A DNA stretch of 64,000 nucleotides, from NCBI GenBank assembly GCA_964401795.1, contig CAYNZQ010000005.1:49754-113753 (forward strand). The letters run 5' to 3'. The first letter of the stretch is position 1; each line of letters starts with the position of its first letter. Positions 56,902-64,000 of this stretch are shown here, piece after piece. The DNA comes from an uncultured Citromicrobium sp. Its GTDB lineage: Bacteria; Pseudomonadota; Alphaproteobacteria; Sphingomonadales; Sphingomonadaceae. The position numbers and the translations under genes were made by a program. The notes beneath the pieces are model-generated. The model worked only from the letters and a program-made list of their open reading frames with translations. It searched no databases and was not told the DNA's origin.

Positions 56902-56975
56902 GAAAATTACAGATAAAGTTGTCCTATGCGACGTTTTCGCGCTATGAAGAGTGTAAAGTTGTAAGGAAAATTACA
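56902..56975. promoter_or_regulatory. paired direct repeats in the aceA/regulator divergent gap: GAAAATTACA x2 and TAAAGTTGT x2
   Basis: GAAAATTACA at 56902-56911 and 56966-56975. TAAAGTTGT at 56914-56922 and 56954-56962. Order is A-B...B-A in the same orientation. The complement ACAACTTTA resembles the RamB box core AACTTTG. Confidence 0.5.
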
Positions 56976-58376
56976 ATGGCGGAGACGGAGATGCTGGCGG
57001 GTGCGGCGCTGCGCCGCTTGCGCAAGCGTGAGGATATGACCCAGGCGGCCATGGCGGCGCGTCTGGGGATTTCGCCCAGCTACCTGGCCTTGCTCGAACG
57101 CAATCAGCGCCCCGTCTCCGCCCGCGTCCTCGTCCAACTCGTCGACGAATTTGCGTTCGACCCGCTTCGTCTGCGCGAAGACGAGGCGATCGGGGGCGTT
57201 CAGGGCCTTGCACGGCGGCTGGCGGACGAACGCTTCGCCGATCTCGATATCGACCGCGACGAGGCGATCGAGTTTCTGTCCGCCGCGCCGCAGGCCGCCG
57301 CTGCCTTCGCGCGTCTGTTCGATCTCGCGGTGCAGGATCAGGGGCATGCGCCCGCCCCCACCACGCCGCTGGACGCCGCGTTGCGCGAGGTCGAGCGCTG
57401 GCAGAACCACTTTTCGGCCATCGACGAACGGGCGGAAAATCTGGCGGACGAACTGCGCCTCTCGCGGGCCGACATGTCCTTCGCCCTCGTCGAACGGCTG
57501 CGCGATCGCCACCAGCTTTCGCTGCGGGTCCTGCCCCAATCGGTGATGCCGGATTATCAGCGCAGGCTGGATCTGCACGCGCGGCAGGTTCAGCTGTCCG
57601 AACTGCTCGATCCGGCTGCCCGCCAATTCCAGCTTGCACTCCAGCTTATCGAATTGGAATGCCGCGACGAGATCGACGACGTCGTCAAGGGCGCACGGTT
57701 CGAGGACGAGGCGGCGCGGGTCCTGTTCGACAGGCACGTGACCGATTATTTCGCGGCGGCGCTGATCATGCCGTATGGCCGGTTCCTGCGGGCGTGCGAC
57801 GCGACCGGCTACGACCTGCCCGTGCTACAACGACGGTTCAATGTCGGTGCGGAGCAGCTGGCGCAGCGCCTCACCTCCCTGCAGCGCATGGGGCAGCGCG
57901 GCCGGCCGTTCTTCATGGCTAAGGTCGACCGCGCCGGCCAGTTTTCCATTCGGATCGGCGGAGCGAGCGGGGCGGGATTTCTCGACGGCACCTTCGGCTG
58001 CCCGCTGTGGACCGTTTTCGCGGCGCCGGAGCGACCGGATGGCTGGTCTTTCCAGGCGATCGAGCAGGACCGGGCCGGGCCCGGGGCGCACCGCTGGATG
58101 ACTTTCAGCACCACGCTCGCCGACCCGGCAACGCCCGATGGCGGGCGCTTTGCCGTCGTTGTCGGGGTCGAGGCGCGATATGCGGAAGGGTTGGTCCTGG
58201 CGCGCGGGTTCGAACCGGACGGGTCGGGTTACACCCCCGTCGGACCCGGCTGTCGCCGCTGCCATCGTCTTGAGTGCCTGCAACGGTCGCTGCCGCCCGT
58301 CGGGGCGACCCTGCGGGCGGATCGCACCGCCCGGCGCCTGATCCCCTTCGGCCTGGAGCCGCAACAACCCGGCTGA
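56976..58376 (+). CDS. XRE-family HTH + ImmA/IrrE-like-domain regulator (RamB/ScfR type)
   Basis: ATG 56976. HTH LRRLRKREDMTQAAMAARLGISPSYLALLERNQRP. Long C-terminal domain with terminal Cys cluster (CRRCHRLEC). Divergent from aceA, as for RamB-type regulators. Confidence 0.8.
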   Translation: MAETEMLAGAALRRLRKREDMTQAAMAARLGISPSYLALLERNQRPVSARVLVQLVDEFAFDPLRLREDEAIGGVQGLARRLADERFADLDIDRDEAIEFLSAAPQAAAAFARLFDLAVQDQGHAPAPTTPLDAALREVERWQNHFSAIDERAENLADELRLSRADMSFALVERLRDRHQLSLRVLPQSVMPDYQRRLDLHARQVQLSELLDPAARQFQLALQLIELECRDEIDDVVKGARFEDEAARVLFDRHVTDYFAAALIMPYGRFLRACDATGYDLPVLQRRFNVGAEQLAQRLTSLQRMGQRGRPFFMAKVDRAGQFSIRIGGASGAGFLDGTFGCPLWTVFAAPERPDGWSFQAIEQDRAGPGAHRWMTFSTTLADPATPDGGRFAVVVGVEARYAEGLVLARGFEPDGSGYTPVGPGCRRCHRLECLQRSLPPVGATLRADRTARRLIPFGLEPQQPG

Positions 58377-58461
58377 CGGCATGCGATCGGCATTAACTAT
58401 CGTTCGCGGAACCGGACGCGGGCCATCGGAATTGTCTGCGCAGTTTCAGGGAGTTTTTGGC

Positions 58462-58767
58462 ATGACCGAAGAACGCATCACGACCGTCGAAAACCCGGAC
58501 GGTCGCACCCACACGACCCACACCACCGTGATCGACGATGGCTCTCGGCGAAGCGGCGGCGGGGGCACTTGGCTCCTTGTGATCGTGCTGGTGCTGGCGA
58601 TCGCCGTCGGCATCTATTTCTTCGCCGGGATCGGGACCGCGGAAGCGAACAAGGACAATGCGGTGGCGGCGGCGGCCGATCAGGTCGGCAACGCGGCGCA
58701 AAGCGTGGGCGACGCCGCAGCCCAGGTCGGCGATGCGGCGCAGGACGCCGCGAACGGCGCGGAGTAA
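58462..58767 (+). CDS. small single-TM protein with Ala/Gln-rich repeat tail
   Basis: ATG 58462 within ORF 58381..58767. TM WLLVIVLVLAIAVGIYFFAGI. Tail ADQVGNAAQSVGDAAAQVGDAAQDAANGAE (VG-x-AAQ repeats). Confidence 0.5.
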   Translation: MTEERITTVENPDGRTHTTHTTVIDDGSRRSGGGGTWLLVIVLVLAIAVGIYFFAGIGTAEANKDNAVAAAADQVGNAAQSVGDAAAQVGDAAQDAANGAE

Positions 58768-58889
58768 CGAAGGCTTCGTTCCCCTTCCATCGACCGTCGA
58801 TCCGATCGAGTGTAAAGTTTACCGACATTTCATGACTGTGCGGTAGTCCGACGCTCCTCCCATTCTTGGGGAGCGACGGACCCGCCAGC

Positions 58890-60275
58890 ATGATACGCCT
58901 GTTCAAGCATTATGTCCCTCACGCAGTCCTCTTTCTCGGGCTGTGCGATTTCGTCCTGCTGCTGATTGCGGGCGACCTCGCCTGGCAGTTGCGCGCGGGC
59001 CAGATCGGGATGGACCCCGGGCGCCTTTCCGATCGACTGTTCCCGCTGTGCGGTTTTGCCGTAACGGTATGGCTCGCGATGGTGTCGGTCGGCGTGTACC
59101 GGTCGGAATCGCTGCGTTCCATGCGCTACGCGGCCGCTCGTTTGCTGGTGGCCGTCAGCCTCGCGATCATCGCGCTCTCGACACTCGACTTCCTCTTGCC
59201 GGGTTCGACCTTCTGGCGCTCTACCCTCTTCTATTCGATGGTGCTGGCGATCCTGCTGCTGATTGCGGGACGCGTGGCACTCGACGCGCTACTCGGGCCC
59301 CAGGCCTTCCGCCGGCGCCTCGTGGTGATGGGTGCCGGCGCGCGCGCCGCACGGTTGCAGGCGTTGTCGCTGCGCCCGGAGAGCGGGTTCGAAATCGTCG
59401 GCTTCATCGCCATGGGCGAGGGGGCCGCGGTCGTCCGGGGTGCAACCGCGCGCGAGGAGATTGCCGAACTGGGCGAATGGATCGCCGGACTGCGCGCGGG
59501 GGAGGTCGTCCTGGCGCTGGAGGAACGACGCAACGCCCTGCCGCTGAAGGACCTGCTGCGGGTCAAGACGACCGGTATCTACGTCAACGAGTTTTCCAGC
59601 TTTCTGGAACGCGAGACGGGACGGGTCGATCTCGACACCCTCAACCCCAGCTGGCTGATCTTCTCGGATGGCTTTTCCGCCGGGCGCGCAGTTTCGGCGG
59701 CGGCGAAGCGGCTGTTCGACATCCTGGCCAGCGGGGTGCTGTTGATTGTAACCCTGCCGGTCATCGCGCTGTTCGCGTTGCTGGTGAAGCTCGACAGCAG
59801 GGGACCTGCGTTTTTCCGGCAGCGCCGCGTCGGGCTCTACGGCCAGTGCTTCGATCTCATAAAGCTGCGGTCCATGCGAACGGACGCGGAGAAGGACGGC
59901 GCGAAATGGGCGCAGAAGGACGATCCGCGCATTACCCGGATCGGCCGGTTCATCCGCAAGGTCCGGATCGACGAATTGCCCCAGACCTGGAGCGTGCTGA
60001 AAGGCGAGATGAGCTTCGTCGGGCCGCGCCCGGAAGTCCCCGCGTTCGTCGGCGATCTGGAGCAGCAGCTCCCCTTCTATGCCGAACGCCACATGGTGAA
60101 GCCGGGGATCACGGGCTGGGCGCAGATCAATTATCCCTACGGCGCCAGCATGGAGGATGCACGGCACAAGCTCGAATACGACCTCTATTATGCGAAGAAC
60201 TACTCGCCTTTCCTCGACCTGCTGATCCTGCTGCAGACCCTGCGGGTCGTACTGTGGTCGGAAGGTGCGCGGTGA
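58890..60275 (+). CDS. PEP-CTERM-system-associated exopolysaccharide sugar transferase (EpsB/WbaP-like polyprenyl glycosylphosphotransferase)
   Basis: MIRLFKHYVP... N-terminus, 4-5 TM, Rossmann-like linker, C-terminal bacterial sugar transferase domain (KRLFDI..., GPRPE, KPGITGWAQ). Immediately upstream of prsK/prsR. Confidence 0.85.
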   Translation: MIRLFKHYVPHAVLFLGLCDFVLLLIAGDLAWQLRAGQIGMDPGRLSDRLFPLCGFAVTVWLAMVSVGVYRSESLRSMRYAAARLLVAVSLAIIALSTLDFLLPGSTFWRSTLFYSMVLAILLLIAGRVALDALLGPQAFRRRLVVMGAGARAARLQALSLRPESGFEIVGFIAMGEGAAVVRGATAREEIAELGEWIAGLRAGEVVLALEERRNALPLKDLLRVKTTGIYVNEFSSFLERETGRVDLDTLNPSWLIFSDGFSAGRAVSAAAKRLFDILASGVLLIVTLPVIALFALLVKLDSRGPAFFRQRRVGLYGQCFDLIKLRSMRTDAEKDGAKWAQKDDPRITRIGRFIRKVRIDELPQTWSVLKGEMSFVGPRPEVPAFVGDLEQQLPFYAERHMVKPGITGWAQINYPYGASMEDARHKLEYDLYYAKNYSPFLDLLILLQTLRVVLWSEGAR

Positions 60276-62347
60276 ACGGGTCCACGCCCGCGATCGAGCT
60301 TACGGGCTTCCTCGTCTATCTGGCGGCGGCTACCGGCGCGAGCGTGGCGGCGGTTTCGATCGTGCGAACCGCGCAAGCGGGTCGGCGGGACAAATGGCCG
60401 ATGATCGTCGCGCTGCTCCTATCGGCGGGATGGGCCGCGCTGAGTGCCGCCACGGGACCGGACGATATCGGCCCGCGACTGGTCGCGCCGGTCAGGGATT
60501 TCGCCTGGCTGTTCGTCATCTACCGCCTGTTCGCGAACGATGGCCGGTCGCACACGCAGGTGGCGGTGCCGCTGCTGGTGTTGGCGCTGGGTTTCGTCGC
60601 CTTGCTGGAGCCGGTGCTGGAACTGGCCGCGCTGTCTTTGCCGGAGGCCCAATCGATCGGCTGGACATTCCACGTGCTGGTGGCGGTAGGGGCGCTGGTC
60701 CTGCTGCACAATCTCTACCTCGGTGCTGCCGACCGAAGCCGCCTTGCCCTGCAATGGACCATTGCCGGCATCGGCATGTTCTGGATTTTCGAGCTCAACC
60801 TGTTCCTGTCCGCCGCGCTTTCGGAAGCGGTCAGTCCGCTTCTCGATCTGATGCGGGGGATCGTCGTCCTGCCAATCGCCGCCTGTGTGGCGCTGGGCGC
60901 GACCGCGCGTGCCGACACGCTGCGCCTGCACACGTCGCGCGCGGTGACGTTCCGGCTCCTCTCGCTGGTCCTGATCGGCGCCTACCTTTGCGCTATGGCG
61001 GGACTGACATGGCTTGCCGCGCGGTTCGGGGCGGATTTCTCCCGCATCGTGCAGATCGCCTTCCTGGTCGCGGCCTTCGCGGCGTCTCTCGCCTTGCTGC
61101 CTTCGTCGCGGCTGCGCGGGTGGACGCGTGTCATGCTGTTGAAGCACCTGTTTCGCCATCGCTACGATTATCGCGCGGAATGGCTTCGCTTCACGCAGAC
61201 CATCGGGGATGCGGGGCAGACAGGCGACCGGTCGTTTCACCAGCGGGTCGCAAAATCGCTCGCCGACATCACTGAAAGTCCTGCGGCCGTGCTGTTCCTG
61301 CCGGACGAGGAAGGAGCCCTCGTCGAAGCGGCCAAGTGGCGCTGGCCGAACCTTGCCGAAGGGGGGGCGACCCTGCCGGCGGCGCTGTGTTCCGCGATGG
61401 AGCGGCGGAACCTGATCGTTGATCTCGCCACGCCGCAGCCGAGCGCCGATCGAGGGCCACCCGTCCCGGAGTGGCTCGGGGCCGAACCGCGGGCCTGGGC
61501 GATCGTGCCGCTGATGCATTTCACCCGCCTGACGGGCGCCGTCCTTCTCGCCCGGCCCGCTTTTGCGCGTGCGCTCGACTGGGAGGATTTCGATCTGCTC
61601 AAGATCGTGGGACGCCAGCTCGCCAGCTATCTCGCGGAAGAGGCCGGGCAACGCGCGCTGATCGAGGCGCGCCAGTTCGACGACTTCAACCGCCGCATCG
61701 CATTCGTCATGCACGACATAAAGAACCTTGCCAGCCAGCTGTCCCTGCTGGCGCGAAATGCGCAGGCGCATGCCGACAACCCGGCGTTTCGCGAAGACAT
61801 GCTGGTGACGTTGCGTACCGGGTCGGAGCGGTTGAACGCCCTGCTCGCGCGGCTGGGGCGCTATGGCTCATCCAACCGGCCCGACTGCGCGCCGTTCGAC
61901 CTGCTGGCCGCGGCCGGGATCGCCGCGTCCCGCTTCGAAAGCCTTCACCCGGTCGTGGTTACCGGGACCGTTCCTTGCATGGTGAACGGCGATGCCGCAA
62001 CGCTCGAACAGGCGGTCATCCACCTGATCCAGAACGCGGTCGATGCCAGCGCGCCGGAACAACCCGTCCTGGTTGACGTGCGCAGGGACGGACGGGGCGG
62101 GGTGCTGGAGATAATCGATGCGGGCGCGGGTATGGAAAGCGAGTTCGTCCGCGACGGGTTATTCAAACCCTTCGTCAGTTCGAAGCAGGGTGGTTTCGGT
62201 ATCGGTGCGCTGGAGGCGCGCGAGTTGATCACGGCGATGGGTGGGACGCTCGCGGTGCAGTCGCGGCCCGGCGTGGGAACCCGCTTCGCCGTCGTGGTGC
62301 CTTTGGCCGAGCCGGACCGGGGTTCGGAAACGGTGGCGGCGGCATGA
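60272..62347 (+). CDS. prsK: PEP-CTERM system histidine kinase PrsK
   Basis: GTG 60272 overlaps the transferase stop. ~8 TM, GAF-like segment, H-box FVMHDIKNLASQL, N/G boxes (IQNAVDA, DAGAGM, GFGIG). Paired with a sigma-54 response regulator. Confidence 0.85.
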   Translation: MNGSTPAIELTGFLVYLAAATGASVAAVSIVRTAQAGRRDKWPMIVALLLSAGWAALSAATGPDDIGPRLVAPVRDFAWLFVIYRLFANDGRSHTQVAVPLLVLALGFVALLEPVLELAALSLPEAQSIGWTFHVLVAVGALVLLHNLYLGAADRSRLALQWTIAGIGMFWIFELNLFLSAALSEAVSPLLDLMRGIVVLPIAACVALGATARADTLRLHTSRAVTFRLLSLVLIGAYLCAMAGLTWLAARFGADFSRIVQIAFLVAAFAASLALLPSSRLRGWTRVMLLKHLFRHRYDYRAEWLRFTQTIGDAGQTGDRSFHQRVAKSLADITESPAAVLFLPDEEGALVEAAKWRWPNLAEGGATLPAALCSAMERRNLIVDLATPQPSADRGPPVPEWLGAEPRAWAIVPLMHFTRLTGAVLLARPAFARALDWEDFDLLKIVGRQLASYLAEEAGQRALIEARQFDDFNRRIAFVMHDIKNLASQLSLLARNAQAHADNPAFREDMLVTLRTGSERLNALLARLGRYGSSNRPDCAPFDLLAAAGIAASRFESLHPVVVTGTVPCMVNGDAATLEQAVIHLIQNAVDASAPEQPVLVDVRRDGRGGVLEIIDAGAGMESEFVRDGLFKPFVSSKQGGFGIGALEARELITAMGGTLAVQSRPGVGTRFAVVVPLAEPDRGSETVAAA

Positions 62348-63711
62348 GCGAAAGGAAGCCTCCCGTTCTGCTGGTGATCGAGGACGATCCCGGATTGCAG
62401 GCGCAACTCAAATGGGCGTTCGACGGGTTCGAGGTCGTGGTCGCCGGCGATCGCGACACCGCGCTGACGGCGCTACGCCTGCATGAGCCTGCCGTGGTGA
62501 CGCTGGATCTGGGCCTGCCCCCCGATCCCGACGGGACGGCCGAAGGATTCGCCGTTCTCGACACGATCATGGAAGTGAAACCCCATACCAAAGTGGTGGT
62601 CGCATCCGGCCATGGCGCGCGGGACAGCGCGCTGCAGGCCATCGCGCGTGGAGCCTACGATTTCTATCAGAAGCCGATCGAGATCGACGCGCTCGAACTG
62701 ATCGTTCGGCGGGCGCGCGAGTTGCACGCGATCGAAGCCGAAAACCGCGCGCTCGCAATCAGAGTCGGTCGCGAGCGGACGGTGCTGGGTACGCTCGTTA
62801 CTGCCGCGCCGGAGATGGTCAGGGTCGCGCGAACGATCGAGCGGGTGGCGCGGGCCGACGTGTCGGTCATGCTGCTGGGGGCAAGCGGCACGGGCAAGGA
62901 ATTGCTCGCGCGCGGTCTGCACGATGCCAGCGACCGGCGCGACGGAGCCTTCGTCGCGATCAATTGCGCGGCGATCCCCGAAAATCTGCTCGAAAGCGAG
63001 CTGTTCGGTCACGAGAAGGGCGCGTTTACCGGCGCGGTGAAGACCACAGAGGGCAAGATCGAACTGGCGCAGGGCGGCACGCTGTTCCTGGATGAGGTCG
63101 GCGATATTCCGCTGCCTTTGCAGGTGAAGCTCCTGCGGTTCCTGCAGGAACGCACCATCGAGCGGATCGGCGGCCGCAAACCCATCCGGGTCGATACCCG
63201 GATCGTGTGCGCCACGCACCAGGACCTGGAGGCGATGAGTGCCGCCGGTTCCTTCCGCGAGGACCTCTATTACCGCCTTGCCGAAATCGTCGTGCGCATA
63301 CCCGCTCTGGCCGAACGCCCGGGCGACGCCGCCCTGCTGGCCCGGGTGTTCCTCAACCGTCACGCTCCCGATCTCAATCGGGCGGTCAAGGGATTTGCCC
63401 CCGACGCGCTGGCCGCGATCGACGCCTGGTCGTGGCCCGGGAACGTGCGCGAGCTGGAGAACCGGGTGAAGCGGGCCGTGATCATGACCGACGGGAAACT
63501 GATCACGGCGCAGGACCTCGACTTCGATGCGCGACCGGACGCACCGGAGCAGACGCTCAACATTAAGGCGGCGCGCGAGGAGGCGGACAGGCGAGTGATC
63601 CGCCACGCCCTGGCGCGCAGCGAAGGCAATATTTCGGGTGCGGCGCGCCTGCTCGGGATCAGTCGTCCGACGCTGTACGATCTGCTGCGCCAGTACGATC
63701 TGTCGGCCTGA
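62344..63711 (+). CDS. prsR: PEP-CTERM-box sigma-54-dependent response regulator PrsR
   Basis: REC (LLVIEDD...TLDLGLPPD), AAA+ sigma-54 interaction domain (GASGTGKE, GAFTGA, ESELFGHEKGAFTGA), C-terminal Fis-type HTH (AARLLGISRPTLYDLL). Confidence 0.9.
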   Translation: MSERKPPVLLVIEDDPGLQAQLKWAFDGFEVVVAGDRDTALTALRLHEPAVVTLDLGLPPDPDGTAEGFAVLDTIMEVKPHTKVVVASGHGARDSALQAIARGAYDFYQKPIEIDALELIVRRARELHAIEAENRALAIRVGRERTVLGTLVTAAPEMVRVARTIERVARADVSVMLLGASGTGKELLARGLHDASDRRDGAFVAINCAAIPENLLESELFGHEKGAFTGAVKTTEGKIELAQGGTLFLDEVGDIPLPLQVKLLRFLQERTIERIGGRKPIRVDTRIVCATHQDLEAMSAAGSFREDLYYRLAEIVVRIPALAERPGDAALLARVFLNRHAPDLNRAVKGFAPDALAAIDAWSWPGNVRELENRVKRAVIMTDGKLITAQDLDFDARPDAPEQTLNIKAAREEADRRVIRHALARSEGNISGAARLLGISRPTLYDLLRQYDLSA

Positions 63712-63715
63712 GATT

Positions 63716-64000
63716 TTGCGCCGTCTCGCATTCCTATGGGCGATTGCCGCTGCATCCTCGCTGGCCGGGTGCGGTCCCGAGACGGCGCCGCTTCCGCCGC
63801 GCGAGCGGGCCCTTGCGGCGCTGGCGGCGGAGGACGGGTTCGGTGCGGAACTGGAACTTCGTGGCTTGCTGGATGCTGGCACGCCGCGCCGCGACGTTGC
63901 GGCCTTCATGGGCGAGGCAGAGCTTCTCCAGGGAAACGCGACAGAGGCGCATCGCTGGCTCGATCCGCGCGATTTCTCAGCCGAGACGAGCGCACGCGGC
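63716..64000 (+). CDS. 5' part of a lipoprotein gene (possible PrsT-like TPR lipoprotein), truncated by the window end
   Basis: Not in the ORF track (no stop in window). TTG 63716 gives LRRLAFLWAIAAASSLAGC (lipobox), open through 64000 in a high-GC3 frame. It occupies the position where prsT normally follows prsR. Confidence 0.45.
   Translation, partial: MRRLAFLWAIAAASSLAGCGPETAPLPPRERALAALAAEDGFGAELELRGLLDAGTPRRDVAAFMGEAELLQGNATEAHRWLDPRDFSAETSARG

Noticed and set aside
58943-60271. N-terminal 443 codons of the 1134-aa ORF 58943..62347 (would make a giant PrsK)
   Set aside because: This part is out of frame over the sugar-transferase gene and Arg/Gly-rich. PrsK-like sequence begins only at GTG 60272, which overlaps the transferase stop.

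Overview
The window reads as a ~65% GC alphaproteobacterial chromosome segment. Its gene content (TonB receptor + TRAP uronate locus, HWE kinase, long-form isocitrate lyase, PrsK/PrsR) suggests Sphingomonadales, but this is inference because no database search was possible. I support about 60 protein genes, 2 tRNAs and one probable 6S RNA. I saw no transposase, integrase, phage gene or CRISPR array.

Layout:
- (1) 1-14.9 kb, housekeeping: tRNA-Asp, an Fpg/Nei glycosylase, the DUF4164-zapA-6S RNA-formyl-THF cycloligase block, tkt-gap-pgk-fba with inserted MOSC and PaaI genes, thiE, an L,D-transpeptidase and M23 peptidase, efp, suhB, tRNA-Leu.
- (2) 15-21.9 kb: a kinase-less PDZ/polytopic/GAF membrane protein, then a TolC-HlyD-ABC2-ABC2 operon with no ATPase gene.
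- (3) 21.9-42.9 kb: a pectin/hexuronate utilisation locus with LacI regulator, DhuI-type isomerase, kduD, kdgK, two exported esterases, an exported cupin, a PL1-like lyase, TonB receptor, GH43, TRAP DctPQM, uxaA, uxaC and a mannitol-DH-family reductase. A GACACCGGT-centred operator recurs in all of its promoter-bearing gaps.
- (4) 43-64 kb: a Crp-like regulator plus HWE kinase, an RND tripartite pump, an SLC13 permease, an M20 amidohydrolase, aceA with a divergent RamB/ScfR-type regulator, and the PEP-CTERM regulatory module (EpsB-like transferase, prsK, prsR, start of a prsT-like lipoprotein), which runs off the window.

Many operon junctions are 4-nt ATGA/GTGA overlaps. Most long ORFs in the supplied track that lie antisense or out of frame to these genes are GC-driven shadow ORFs.

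The best candidates for something not yet described are the unusual composition and regulon of the uronate locus, the ATPase-less ABC-2/TolC operon with its neighbouring kinase-less sensor, and the Crp-like gene that lacks a canonical start codon. None is proven from sequence alone.
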